From NCBI GenBank assembly GCA_041660745.1, contig JBAZVT010000002.1, positions 15,210 to 79,209 of the forward strand: a stretch of DNA of 64,000 nt. Direction: 5' to 3'. Origin of the DNA: Minisyncoccota bacterium. Lineage in GTDB: Bacteria; Patescibacteriota; Minisyncoccia; Phycocordibacterales; JBAZVT01. Both the position numbers and the translations under genes were made by a program. The notes beneath the pieces were generated by a model. That model saw only the letters and a list, made by a program, of their open reading frames with translations, was not told the DNA's origin and did no database searches. Below, piece by piece: positions 48,061-57,524 of the stretch; positions within the stretch are counted from its first letter, which is position 1; each line of letters starts with the position of its first letter.

Positions 48061-48492
48061 ATGGAACTGATAATTCAAAAGCAATTTACAGCAGTTCGCG
48101 CAGTTATTGTGAATGAAGGAAAGTTTCTCGTTATCAGAGAATCAGCTACGTATGACGGTGGAGCTAATCATAAAAAATACGGTTTTCCAGGTGGGAAAAT
48201 AAAAATTGGAGAATCTGTTGCGCAGGCTATTGTGCGAGAAATAAGAGAAGAGGTTGGGATAGATGTTAAAATAGGTAAACCATTTTTTGTTGATGAGTGG
48301 AGACCTGTTGTGAAAGGGGAACAGATTCAAATAATCGGTATTTTTTACATGTGTGAGCCGGTGAGTCTAGAGGTCATGTTGAGTGCAGACCACGATGATT
48401 ATGCATGGGTATCTCTTTCCGAGTATTCATCTCTCTCATTGACCGATGCAACAAGAAATGCTTTTGAGATATTAAAAGATGATGCTGTTTAG
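48061..48492 (+). CDS. NUDIX hydrolase
   Basis: Nudix box GGKIKIGESVAQAIVREIREEVGI. Confidence 0.8.
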   Translation: MELIIQKQFTAVRAVIVNEGKFLVIRESATYDGGANHKKYGFPGGKIKIGESVAQAIVREIREEVGIDVKIGKPFFVDEWRPVVKGEQIQIIGIFYMCEPVSLEVMLSADHDDYAWVSLSEYSSLSLTDATRNAFEILKDDAV

Positions 48493-48530
48493 GTTTTATA
48501 ATAAATATTGCTAATTATCAAATTATTATA

Positions 48531-48854
48531 ATGAAAACACTTAAATTTAGACCAGAGCTAGCTTCGCTTATATTGTTAGGAGAAAAGACCAGTACCTGGC
48601 GACTTTTCGATGATAAAAATTTAACACTTGGCGATGAGATTATTCTTATTAATAAAAGTACTGGGGAGGAATTTGGTAAGGCTGTAATTATAGAATTAAG
48701 AGAAAAGAAACTAGGGGAGATCATAGATACGGATTTTTACGGACATGAAAAGTTTGAAAGTGTTGAAAAAATGTATGAAGCATATAGAAAATATTATGGT
48801 GATAAGGTAACCCCTGAGTCTATTGTTAAAATAATTAAATTTAGGTTGGTGTAA
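48531..48854 (+). CDS. ASCH-domain protein
   Basis: ~107 aa, LKFRPELASLILLGEKTSTWR N-terminal ASCH signature. Confidence 0.6.
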   Translation: MKTLKFRPELASLILLGEKTSTWRLFDDKNLTLGDEIILINKSTGEEFGKAVIIELREKKLGEIIDTDFYGHEKFESVEKMYEAYRKYYGDKVTPESIVKIIKFRLV

Positions 48855-49131
48855 GCTCGGCTACTGACCATAGGTAATCGCGGAAGTCGGGTCTTATAGA
48901 TTTTTGACAAAAAATAGGCAATATGCTACTATATAGAAGTAAGTTTTCTCTAGGAGATATGGTAAGGCACACAAGCTTCTCTGTATCTTAAAGTCCTTTA
49001 AATGGGACTTTTACGAGACTTGTAGTCACCTTACGTATATTTATCCAGACTACCAGCGCTTTCGATGCGCTTTTTATCGGGCAGATTACAAAACTGCCAT
49101 CACAACCCTTTTTAAAGGATTGTTCTAGTTT

Positions 49132-50763
49132 ATGTTTACAAAAAAAAGTTTCAGTAGTAGTTCACCTCGTCCAAGTACAGGTGTGCGCAAGCCTCGTGCA
49201 GTTTCTGCAAGCGGAGCTCATCGTAGTTCAGCTCGTTTCGGCGTGTCTGCTCCTGTGGGAAATATTAATCGTAATACCAGCCAAACTCGTTTTGGTTCAG
49301 CAAGCCCTCGTCCAGGATATGGAAGTGGTTCTTCAAGGTCTGCATCTTTTTCTTCAGGTGCAAGTAGTTTTAAAGGCTCATACACATCTACACCAACACA
49401 TTCAAGCCATGCTAGTCATGGAATATCTGTGCCTCGCGTAGGAAATAGTGCACCAGCACGTTTCAGTCCTCGCACCTCAAGTGGAAGCAGTTTTAGTTCT
49501 AGTTCATCACGCCCAGCGTTCCACGGTGGAAGCGCTCGACCAGCTATGCGATACGGTTCTGGCAGTTCTGCACGCAGTGGTGGATATGAAAGACGCACAG
49601 GTAGAGGAGGTGGTTCATATGGATCTTCAGGACGCGGAGGAAAGGGAAGAGGATTCGGCGGTCAGAGTATTCCCGTATCTCGTTATATCAACAAAGCAGA
49701 AATCACAGAGGTGATGGAAAAATTTGTTCCAGAGCATGCGTTTTCAGATTTTGCTGTTGAAGCACGTTTGAAAGCAAACATTGCGGCTCGTGGGTATGTT
49801 ACACCAACTCCAATTCAGGATAAAATTATTCCACACATCTTGCGTGGATCTGATGTGGTGGGTATTGCAAACACTGGTACAGGTAAAACTGCAGCGTTTC
49901 TTATTCCTCTCATCAACAAAGTTCTTCTTAATCCAAAAGAAAATATTTTGATTGTTGCTCCAACACGCGAGCTTGCAATTCAGATTGAGAGTGAATTAAA
50001 GATATTTACTCCAACATTAAAAATGTTTTCAACATGCTGCGTTGGTGGTGCGCCAATCGGCAGACAAATGTCACAACTTCGTTATCCAAATAATTTTATT
50101 ATTGGTACACCAGGAAGAATAAAAGACTTGATGGAACGCCGATGTATTAATTTGTCCACATTCAATACTATTGTGTTGGATGAAGCAGATAGAATGCTTG
50201 ATATGGGATTTGTCGCAGACATGAAATACATGATGGCGAAAATGCCAGAGAAGCGTCACACACTGTTCTTCTCAGCAACCTTGTCAAAAGAAATTGAAGC
50301 CCTTATTTCTAGCTTCTTGAAAGATCCCGTTCGCATTTCTGTGAAGACACAGGATGTGTCTAAGAACGTTGATCAGGATATTGTGAAAACTCAAGGTAAG
50401 TCAAAAGTAGATGTATTGTTTGATTTACTTAAACAAACAGATTTCAAAAAAGTGCTTATTTTTGGCCGTACAAAACATGGTGTTCAGCGTCTCTCAGAGT
50501 TGCTTGAACAAAATGGCTTTAGTGCTGAATCTATTCACGGTGACAAGCCACACAATCGTCGCCAGAAGGCGCTCGGTCTCTTTAAAGAGAATCGTGTCCA
50601 GGTGCTCGTTGCAACAGACGTTGCTGCTCGTGGATTGGATATTGATGGTATTAGTCACGTGATCAACTATGATTTGCCTGCGACCTTTGATGATTATGTT
50701 CACCGTATCGGACGAACCGGACGTGGAGATAAGAAAGGGAAAGCTTTAACTTTTATAGACTAG
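49132..50763 (+). CDS. DEAD-box ATP-dependent RNA helicase with N-terminal Ser/Arg/Gly-rich low-complexity extension
   Basis: Q-motif/PTPIQ, GTGKT, DEAD (VLDEADRM), SAT, HRIGRTGR; first ~180 aa low complexity. Confidence 0.85.
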   Translation: MFTKKSFSSSSPRPSTGVRKPRAVSASGAHRSSARFGVSAPVGNINRNTSQTRFGSASPRPGYGSGSSRSASFSSGASSFKGSYTSTPTHSSHASHGISVPRVGNSAPARFSPRTSSGSSFSSSSSRPAFHGGSARPAMRYGSGSSARSGGYERRTGRGGGSYGSSGRGGKGRGFGGQSIPVSRYINKAEITEVMEKFVPEHAFSDFAVEARLKANIAARGYVTPTPIQDKIIPHILRGSDVVGIANTGTGKTAAFLIPLINKVLLNPKENILIVAPTRELAIQIESELKIFTPTLKMFSTCCVGGAPIGRQMSQLRYPNNFIIGTPGRIKDLMERRCINLSTFNTIVLDEADRMLDMGFVADMKYMMAKMPEKRHTLFFSATLSKEIEALISSFLKDPVRISVKTQDVSKNVDQDIVKTQGKSKVDVLFDLLKQTDFKKVLIFGRTKHGVQRLSELLEQNGFSAESIHGDKPHNRRQKALGLFKENRVQVLVATDVAARGLDIDGISHVINYDLPATFDDYVHRIGRTGRGDKKGKALTFID

Positions 50764-50784
50764 GAAAAAATATAAATTTATAAA

Positions 50785-50822
50785 ATAAAAAACACCGTAA
50801 CAAAATGTCGCGGTGTTTTTTA
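50785..50822. terminator. Rho-independent terminator
   Basis: aaaaacaccg…cggtgttttt. Confidence 0.7.
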
Positions 50823-50990
50823 TTGTAAAAAATGTTTTCAACATTTTTTACAAAAGTATTTTTTGAATTTTTCGTGAACTTTTAAAAGTTATCAACAGTT
50901 TTTTAAAAAATACTATTGTGTTGTGCAACGCTTGTTGTACAATTAATGAGGAGCTCGTAACTCCTATTATTAGTTTAGCATCCATATCTC

Positions 50991-51089
50991 ATGGCAAAGA
51001 AAATAGTAAAGAAGACAGTCAAGAAGGCGGTGAAGAAAGCGAAGAAGACCGTCAAGAAAGTTGCTCGCAAGAGTAGTAAGAAGAGATAG
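50991..51089 (+). CDS. Lys-rich micro-ORF (32 aa, MAKKIVKKTVKKAVKKAKKTVKKVARKSSKKR)
   Basis: Isolated in 380-bp intergenic region, followed by strong terminator; KKxVKK periodicity. Confidence 0.3.
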   Translation: MAKKIVKKTVKKAVKKAKKTVKKVARKSSKKR

Positions 51090-51103
51090 TATCTCTCTTA
51101 AAC

Positions 51104-51129
51104 AAAAAACCACCTTCGGGTGGTTTTTT
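51104..51129. terminator. Rho-independent terminator
   Basis: aaaaaaccacc-ttcg-ggtggtttttt. Confidence 0.8.
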
Positions 51130-51145
51130 GTTGTGCTTTGTTTTT

Positions 51146-51841
51146 CTAGAGAGGATCTTTTGTGGGAATGCCTGTTGTGCGGGGATATAGATTTTCTGTT
51201 TCAAAAACTTTTTCTATGATAACCAGTTCATGACTTTCTAGTCCTGGAATTGTGATGGGAATTATTTCTTTAATTTTTCCACCCAAGATATTGATGGCGT
51301 GTCGCGCATCATTAACTTCTGACTCACTGTGGGTTTTCTGTGCGATACAAATACCTCCAACTTTTACAAGTGGAAGCATGTATTCTGCGAGGACAGGAAG
51401 GTATGCAACCGCACGTGCCGTAACAACATCAAATTTTTCGCGGAGTTTCTTGTTGTGTCCTGCTTCTTCCGCACGTATTTTAATTGTTTCCGCGTAGGGA
51501 AGTTTGAGAGTTGCAATAATATGATCTAAAAATGTTACTTTTTTCCCAGTTGATTCTAGAAGAGTTATTTTCATGTCGGGTCGGGCAATTTTGATTGCAA
51601 GCCCAGGAAAGCCGGCACCGCTTCCCACATCAACAATAGTATGGGATTCTTCGGGGATGTGGGGAATAATAGTAAGAGAATCGACAAAATGCTTGAGGGT
51701 TATCTCATCGGGCGTTTTGATTGCGGTGAGGTTGAATTTTTCATTCCACTCCATAAGTTCTTTTTGATATATGCCAAAAGCGCTTATTTGTTCGGGAGTT
51801 AGATTTATTCCTAATGTTTTTGTGTATTCCTGTATTGTCAT
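51146..51841 (-). CDS. rsmG: 16S rRNA (guanine527-N7)-methyltransferase
   Basis: VDVGSGAGFPGLAIKIARPDMKITLLES motif. Confidence 0.85.
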   Translation of the reverse strand: MTIQEYTKTLGINLTPEQISAFGIYQKELMEWNEKFNLTAIKTPDEITLKHFVDSLTIIPHIPEESHTIVDVGSGAGFPGLAIKIARPDMKITLLESTGKKVTFLDHIIATLKLPYAETIKIRAEEAGHNKKLREKFDVVTARAVAYLPVLAEYMLPLVKVGGICIAQKTHSESEVNDARHAINILGGKIKEIIPITIPGLESHELVIIEKVFETENLYPRTTGIPTKDPL

Positions 51842-51962
51842 GGAAGGGAGTATACCATGAAAATTGTTTTACACTAGGTTGAGCAGCTTTTTGAAAAAGG
51901 TTGCTTCATTCCTATTCATATCATGTTATAATATATGCATTATTAATTTTTAGAAAAAGATT

Positions 51963-52208
51963 ATGACTCTAGTTTACGTAGCTGTCGGGGTTGTTGCAGT
52001 TCTCCTTGGTGTATTGATTGCAACGAAAATGAAAAAAGGAAGTAATGGTGTTGTTGCAAGTATGGACGGTTCAACGTGCTGTGCTGAAGAAAAAGCACCA
52101 GAGGTTGTAGGCTCTGTCTCGGAAAGTTCATGCGTGTGCGCAGCATGTCCTCAAGACTGTACGAATTGTGAGGAATGCAAAGTTGATGCTCCACAGACAA
52201 ACGCCTAA
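51963..52208 (+). CDS. small TM-anchored Cys-rich protein
   Basis: 1 TM then CC…C.C..C…C.C..C. Confidence 0.45.
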   Translation: MTLVYVAVGVVAVLLGVLIATKMKKGSNGVVASMDGSTCCAEEKAPEVVGSVSESSCVCAACPQDCTNCEECKVDAPQTNA

Positions 52209-52226
52209 AATCTATAGGAAAGTTAC

Positions 52227-52266
52227 AAAAGTCCGACCTTTTTGCAACAAAAAGGTCGGACTTTTT
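52227..52266. terminator. Rho-independent terminator
   Basis: aaaagtccgacctttttg-caac-aaaaaggtcggactttt. Confidence 0.8.
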
Positions 52267-52323
52267 GTGAATGTTTTTTTAAACAGGAAAGACGAAGAAT
52301 GCTGTTTATGTTACCATAATCCC

Positions 52324-52947
52324 ATGTCACGAATCATTTTTTGGTTTTTAGCCGCTGTTTCTATTCTAGGAGCTTTTGTTGTGGTTATTAATGTTACTAT
52401 TTTTGGTGATACTGTTGGTTATATTCATACTTCTATCTCAAGAGTTCCTGAAGTTCCCGTTGCTCTCGTTTTAGGTTCAAGTGTAACCAATAGTAAGCTT
52501 ATGCCTGTTGCCTTAGATCGCGCCAATACAGCAATTGAATTATATGATGCTGGAAAAGTGAAATTGATTCTTGTGAGTGGAGACAATGGCACACGGTCTT
52601 ATAATGAAGTTATTCCTGTGAAAAAATATCTCGTGAGTCAGGGTGTACCCGAAGAAAAAATATTTCTGGATTATGCGGGGTTTGATACCTACGATAGTTT
52701 ATATAGAGCAAAAGAAATTTTTGGGGTAACAAATCTTGTTATTGTAACGCAGGCATTTCATCTTCCTCGTGCTGTGTATATTGCGCGATCTCTCGGACTT
52801 ACTGCTTTTGGGATGTCGGCCGACAAGAGAGAATATTTGTTAAAAAATTCTGTGCGAGAGTGGTTTGCTAATATAAAAGCCCTGTATCAGATTGATACAG
52901 GTGCACAAGCAACTGTATTAGGAGAAAGGATACAACTACCTCTGTAA
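52324..52947 (+). CDS. SanA/YdcF (DUF218) family protein
   Basis: TM then LILVSGDNGTRSYNEV…FDTYDS…HLPRA. Confidence 0.75.
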   Translation: MSRIIFWFLAAVSILGAFVVVINVTIFGDTVGYIHTSISRVPEVPVALVLGSSVTNSKLMPVALDRANTAIELYDAGKVKLILVSGDNGTRSYNEVIPVKKYLVSQGVPEEKIFLDYAGFDTYDSLYRAKEIFGVTNLVIVTQAFHLPRAVYIARSLGLTAFGMSADKREYLLKNSVREWFANIKALYQIDTGAQATVLGERIQLPL

Positions 52948-53004
52948 TTATTTTTTAAGACCAAGTTTACAATCGAACTGTAACTGTAACATAATAACCT
53001 CTAT

Positions 53005-53037
53005 TCACTATGAATAGAGGTTATTATTCGTGTCTAC
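53005..53037. terminator. bidirectional Rho-independent terminator
   Basis: aataacctctattca-cta-tgaatagaggttatt. Confidence 0.75.
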
Positions 53038-53062
53038 CGCTCTTCGGTGAGTGCTATGGTAT

Positions 53063-53266
53063 TTATCGAGCGATTTTCGGCATGATGGTCAAAATATAGA
53101 TGGCACTAATGCCAACAATTGCATAGACAACTCGGCTGAGAGCACTCATGTCACCAAAGATAGCGGCAACGAGATTAAAGCCAAATACTCCGACAAGTCC
53201 CCAGTTGAGTCCTCCAATTACGAGGAGAACAAGCGCAATCCAGTCCAGTACATTTAGTTTCATCAT
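53063..53266 (-). CDS. DUF378 family small membrane protein
   Basis: GGLNWGLVGVFGFNLVA motif, 2 TM, 67 aa. Confidence 0.7.
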   Translation of the reverse strand: MMKLNVLDWIALVLLVIGGLNWGLVGVFGFNLVAAIFGDMSALSRVVYAIVGISAIYILTIMPKIAR

Positions 53267-53361
53267 ACTATTAGTAATTATTGATAAAATGGTCTGTTTT
53301 AGTATGAACCTGTGTAGTGAAGAAAGAGTTAAGTTTTTTGGTCTAGCTTCTTTGTGTTATC

Positions 53362-53859
53362 ATGGGCTGTATGATTCTCGTTACTCATGCTGTTGTCGGT
53401 GCTACTGTTGCTAGTTTTGTTCCTGCTCATCCGGTGGAGGGTTTTGTTCTTGGTTTTCTCAGTCACTTTATCCTTGATTCAATTCCTCACTGGGATTACA
53501 ACATTAAAAGTGGTTTTATTGACCCAGATCGCAATTCACGGTTTTCTTTTTCAAAAGATATTATAGTTGATGCTATGAAGATTATTGCGGATATTCTTGC
53601 GGGTTTTGTTTTGGCATACATTCTTTTTCACAATCAGTTCAGTGGTGTTGCTGTGTACGCTGGGGTAATGGGGGCTCTCATGCCGGATATTTTGCAATTT
53701 GTGCAAGCGAAGATCCCTTGGAAACCACTTGTTCAACTCCGTCGTTTTCACGCATGGATACAGTCCGATAAACGTTTTAAATATAGGCCACTCGTGGGGG
53801 CTGGAATGCAGGTTGTTCTTATTATTGTTGTATCGGCGACTATTCTCTTGCTCCGTTAG
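53362..53859 (+). CDS. hypothetical membrane protein (possibly YdjM-like metal-dependent hydrolase)
   Basis: 4 TM, His/Asp residues (HFILDSIPHWD). Confidence 0.4.
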   Translation: MGCMILVTHAVVGATVASFVPAHPVEGFVLGFLSHFILDSIPHWDYNIKSGFIDPDRNSRFSFSKDIIVDAMKIIADILAGFVLAYILFHNQFSGVAVYAGVMGALMPDILQFVQAKIPWKPLVQLRRFHAWIQSDKRFKYRPLVGAGMQVVLIIVVSATILLLR

Positions 53860-53924
53860 GTGTATACTTAATATAGTCCATTTTTATTCTAGTTGTTATA
53901 TAAAATATAAATAGACTCTTATCT

Positions 53925-54575
53925 ATGAAAAATATTGCGTCATATAAAATTAAAGTTTTTATTGAATTCGTCACCGTGCTTGTTGCGTTTATCCTTGGGC
54001 TTGTAACGTATGAATTTATCCCTGATATGGTTGCTTCGCATTGGAATATTTACGGAATGGCTAATGGATATATGCCGAAACCGTGGGGTGTATTTTTGTT
54101 GCCAATTATTATGGCGGGGATATTTGTACTCATGCAAACCGTTCCACTACTTGATGCCCGCAAAATGTTTCGTGAACAGCTTGGCCGTAGATTTCATCGT
54201 TTTGTTGTATTGCTGTTTCTGTTTTTCTTATATCTCTATACTTTGATTTTGGCGTGGAACTTGGGGGTACAGTTTAATTTTTCTTTGTATCTTCTACCCG
54301 CTTTCTCTGTTTTGTTTTATGCAATAGGGAATCTTATTGAACATGTAGAGCCAAATATGTTTATCGGTGTTAGAACCCCATGGACGCTTTCTCATCCTGT
54401 CGTATGGGAAAAGGTGCATTCTCTAGGCGGTAGATTGTTTAAAGATTGTGCCGTGATTGCTATGTTTGGATTACTGTTTCCTCCGCTTGCCTTTGTTTTT
54501 GCGATAATTCCTGTTGTTGCCGTTGGTTTGTTTCTTATTGTATATTCATATGTAGAGTGGAGAAGGCTGGCGTAA
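53925..54575 (+). CDS. SdpI/YhfL-family membrane protein
   Basis: FIGVRTPWTLS signature, 6 TM. Confidence 0.7.
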   Translation: MKNIASYKIKVFIEFVTVLVAFILGLVTYEFIPDMVASHWNIYGMANGYMPKPWGVFLLPIIMAGIFVLMQTVPLLDARKMFREQLGRRFHRFVVLLFLFFLYLYTLILAWNLGVQFNFSLYLLPAFSVLFYAIGNLIEHVEPNMFIGVRTPWTLSHPVVWEKVHSLGGRLFKDCAVIAMFGLLFPPLAFVFAIIPVVAVGLFLIVYSYVEWRRLA

Positions 54576-54607
54576 AAAGGTCTTGTGTGTTGTCGGGATA
54601 CAATTTT

Positions 54608-55657
54608 ATGTCTCTAGGAAAGTTTACATCTATTTTTGCTATTCTTGTGGCTCTTGTCAGCATATTTTCTTTTTCTGGTGCGAGGAAGAATACACAGATA
54701 ACTGCTTCGGTCAGTGTTCCTCTTATTGTTCAGCATGTAGAACCTGTTGTTTCGTCATCTACGCGCATACTTTTTGTGGGAGATATGATGCTTGGTAGAT
54801 ATGTAGAAAAACTCCTCGCACAGAATGGTGAGTCATATTTATTTTCTGGCACACGAGAAGTATTTAGAAGCGCAAATGCTGTGGTGGGTAACCTCGAAGG
54901 TCCGATTGTGTACAATCATATACCAACGCTTTCTGGCGGTATGCAATTTTCTTTTGCTTCAGGAACTGCAAATCTTCTAGCGAGAAATGGTGTAACTATT
55001 GTTTCTCGTGCCAATAACCACGGTCTCGATCGCGGAGTACTTGGTTGGGCTGATACTTCACAGTTGCTTCAGCGTTCACATGTACAGTATTTTGGTAGTC
55101 CAACACAAACCAAACCGTCCGTGTCGGTAGCAACAACAACTATTAATAATGAACAAATTGCTTTTGTTGGTATGAATACTACATTTCCAACTTTTGTTGC
55201 TTCGGTAGGAGAAAATCTTGTGCGTGAAGTTGCGTCAACTACAGGTGCTTTTGTTGTTATTTCTATCCATTGGGGTAATGAATACGAGCTTGAGCCAAAT
55301 ATATTTCAGAAAGAGTATGCAAGGAAACTGATTCTTGCTGGGGCAGATTTGATTATAGGCCATCATCCTCATGTGGTGCAAAGTGTTGATGAATATCAGG
55401 GGGTGCCCATTTTCTATTCTCTCGGTAATTTTCTATTTGATCAGTATTTTTCGAAGGATACTCAAGAAGGGTTGGCTGTCATGTTGGAGTTTGCGGACGG
55501 TGTCGTCACATATAAACTCCTACCCCTTGAAAGTGTAAGAAGTAGTGTGTCGCTTATGTCTGGAGTGTTAAAGAGTCAATGGCTTTCAACTCTTGCAGAA
55601 AGAAGTCCTGCTGTGGCAATGGGTGTGGAAAAAGGGGAACTTGTGATTGTGAGATAG
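54608..55657 (+). CDS. CapA/PgsA-family metallophosphoesterase
   Basis: TM, ILFVGDMMLGR, IGHHPHVVQ, LGNFLFDQ motifs. Confidence 0.75.
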   Translation: MSLGKFTSIFAILVALVSIFSFSGARKNTQITASVSVPLIVQHVEPVVSSSTRILFVGDMMLGRYVEKLLAQNGESYLFSGTREVFRSANAVVGNLEGPIVYNHIPTLSGGMQFSFASGTANLLARNGVTIVSRANNHGLDRGVLGWADTSQLLQRSHVQYFGSPTQTKPSVSVATTTINNEQIAFVGMNTTFPTFVASVGENLVREVASTTGAFVVISIHWGNEYELEPNIFQKEYARKLILAGADLIIGHHPHVVQSVDEYQGVPIFYSLGNFLFDQYFSKDTQEGLAVMLEFADGVVTYKLLPLESVRSSVSLMSGVLKSQWLSTLAERSPAVAMGVEKGELVIVR

Positions 55658-55671
55658 TGTATACTATATAT

Positions 55672-55980
55672 ATGAATTCATTAATACATGCAGATATTTT
55701 TTTCTTCATTACAACTATTGCACTGATAGCGTTTAGTATTATTGGTGTTGTTGCTCTCATATATATAATTAAAATACTTGTAGATGCGCGGTTTATTGTG
55801 CGTGCATTTCGTGGTGAGGTAGAGGGGATTATTGTTGATATTAAGGATTTTAGAAGTAAGGTAAAAGAAGGTGGTGCAAAATTTCGTTTGTTTGCAGATC
55901 TTTTTAAAAAAATTATTACAAAAACTAGAAAAACACGAACTACTACTCGTAACAGAAAAGAACATGGTACAACAGAATAA
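55672..55980 (+). CDS. small TM-anchored hypothetical protein
   Basis: N-terminal TM, basic C-terminus. Confidence 0.4.
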   Translation: MNSLIHADIFFFITTIALIAFSIIGVVALIYIIKILVDARFIVRAFRGEVEGIIVDIKDFRSKVKEGGAKFRLFADLFKKIITKTRKTRTTTRNRKEHGTTE

Positions 55981-56353
55981 TAAAGCTAAAAAAAATATAT
56001 CTGACATGACAAAGATTGGTATCGGTGCATCAGTGGCAGCGGTTGTTGCTGTTGGTGCATTGGGTGCATATATGTTGTATGGCCCAGAAAACAAGAAACG
56101 TCGTCAGCATGTAAAAAGCTGGATGCTTAAAATGAAAGCAGAAGTTTTAGAAAAATTGGAAAAAGCAAAAGAAGTAAATGAGGATTCATATAAAACTATT
56201 GTTGATGGTATTGCAAAAAAATATCAGGAATTAAAAGATGTTGACCCTGTTGAATTGGCGGGAGTGATTGCGGAGCTTGCGGATTCGTTCCGTGAAATGA
56301 AAAAGGAGGGATCCGGGGGAAAGAAAAAAGCAAAAGTAGTAAGTAAAAAGTAA
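55964..56353 (+). CDS. YtxH-like membrane-anchored coiled-coil protein
   Basis: IGIGASVAAVVAVGALGAYMLYGPENKKRRQ…; 17-nt overlap with upstream gene. Confidence 0.45.
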   Translation: MVQQNNKAKKNISDMTKIGIGASVAAVVAVGALGAYMLYGPENKKRRQHVKSWMLKMKAEVLEKLEKAKEVNEDSYKTIVDGIAKKYQELKDVDPVELAGVIAELADSFREMKKEGSGGKKKAKVVSKK

Positions 56354-56360
56354 TATGTAA

Positions 56361-56399
56361 AAAATGCCGCACCCCGAAGGGGTGCGGCATTTTGTTTTT
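56361..56399. terminator. Rho-independent terminator
   Basis: aaaatgccgcacccc-gaa-ggggtgcggcatttt + T-run. Confidence 0.85.
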
Positions 56400-56584
56400 A
56401 GAAGTAAGGGAAATTTTTGGGTAAAAAAAGAGGTGGTGTGGCCCTCTCGGCATGCCACACCACCCAGGGAAGGAGGCTCAAAAATATTGAATCAAAAGAC
56501 AGTTTGAGCCTACTTCGGGAAAGAACAACGATATTTGATTACCTTACTAGTATAGCATGGTATGCAAAATTATGCAACATAAAC

Positions 56585-56613
56585 TTGCAAAAAACAAGTT
56601 TTAGGCCTATAAT
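56585..56613 (+). promoter_or_regulatory. near-consensus sigma70 promoter TTGCAA-17-TATAAT abutting ORF start (leaderless transcript likely)
   Basis: ttgcaa 56585-56590, 17-nt spacer, tataat 56608-56613, ATGs at 56614 and 56623. Confidence 0.55.
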
Positions 56614-57384
56614 ATGCCATATATGGCAAAGAATCCAACATCATGGGGTCCAGTAGCGCCTTGGTATAAAAAGCATCTTGAAGAACCTGATACATATCAT
56701 TCTCAGGTTGTTTTGCCGAATCTAACACGAATGATGGAAGTTAAAAAGGGTGAACAAGTCTTTGATTTGGCCTGTGGCGAGGGCTTTTTCTCGCGCGCTT
56801 TCGCTAGTCTCGGGGCTGTCGTTTCTGGAGCAGATATTGCACCAGAGCTTGTTCTACTTGCAAAGAAAAGTATCCCAATGGGAACTTTTACGACAACCCC
56901 ATCTCACAATCTTTCTGGATTCAAAAGTAATTCTTTCTCAAAAATCGCGTGTGTGCTGGCTTTGCAAAATATAGAAAAGGTGAGAGAGACACTTGCGGAA
57001 TGTAATCGCATTTTAGTTTCAGGTGGGACAATGTATATTGTGATTAATCACCCGGCATTTAGAATTCCAAAAAGTTCTAGTTGGGGATTTGATGAGATGA
57101 GCAGAGTGCAGTACAGACGAATGGATTCATACATGAAAGAAACCAAGGAAAAGATTGTGATGCATCCTGGAGAAAAAGAAAGTGCACAAACTGTTTCATT
57201 TCATCGACCACTCCAATATTATTTTAAAGCATTTTCCGGTGCAGGTTTTGCTGTAACACGCCTAGAAGAATGGATTTCTCACAGGGAAAGCGAGGAAGGT
57301 CCACGAAAGGCTGCAGAAGATGTGGCGCGTAAGGAATTTCCGTTGTTTATGGCGATTGAGTTAGTAAAGTTAAAAAGTTTGTAA
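56614..57384 (+). CDS. class I SAM-dependent methyltransferase
   Basis: VFDLACGEGFFSRAFASLGAVVSGADI motif I; true start probably ATG 56623 (leaderless). Confidence 0.75.
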   Translation: MPYMAKNPTSWGPVAPWYKKHLEEPDTYHSQVVLPNLTRMMEVKKGEQVFDLACGEGFFSRAFASLGAVVSGADIAPELVLLAKKSIPMGTFTTTPSHNLSGFKSNSFSKIACVLALQNIEKVRETLAECNRILVSGGTMYIVINHPAFRIPKSSSWGFDEMSRVQYRRMDSYMKETKEKIVMHPGEKESAQTVSFHRPLQYYFKAFSGAGFAVTRLEEWISHRESEEGPRKAAEDVARKEFPLFMAIELVKLKSL

Positions 57385-57524
57385 AGTTCATAAAGTAAGA
57401 AAATGCCGGCACCCTGGGCGACTTTGTTTTCTTATGAATTCTTATTCATTAGAAAACAAGAAGTACTCCTGTGGTGCGCCGGCATTTTCTTTTTGTGCTT
57501 TTAACTTTATAAACTTGTAACTAG

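Noticed and set aside
49181-49714. ORFs 49181-49441(+), 49448-49714(+), 49416-49598(-) inside the DEAD-box helicase 5' region
   Set aside because: Frames of the repetitive S/R/G-rich coding region; the helicase frame is continuous to conserved motifs.
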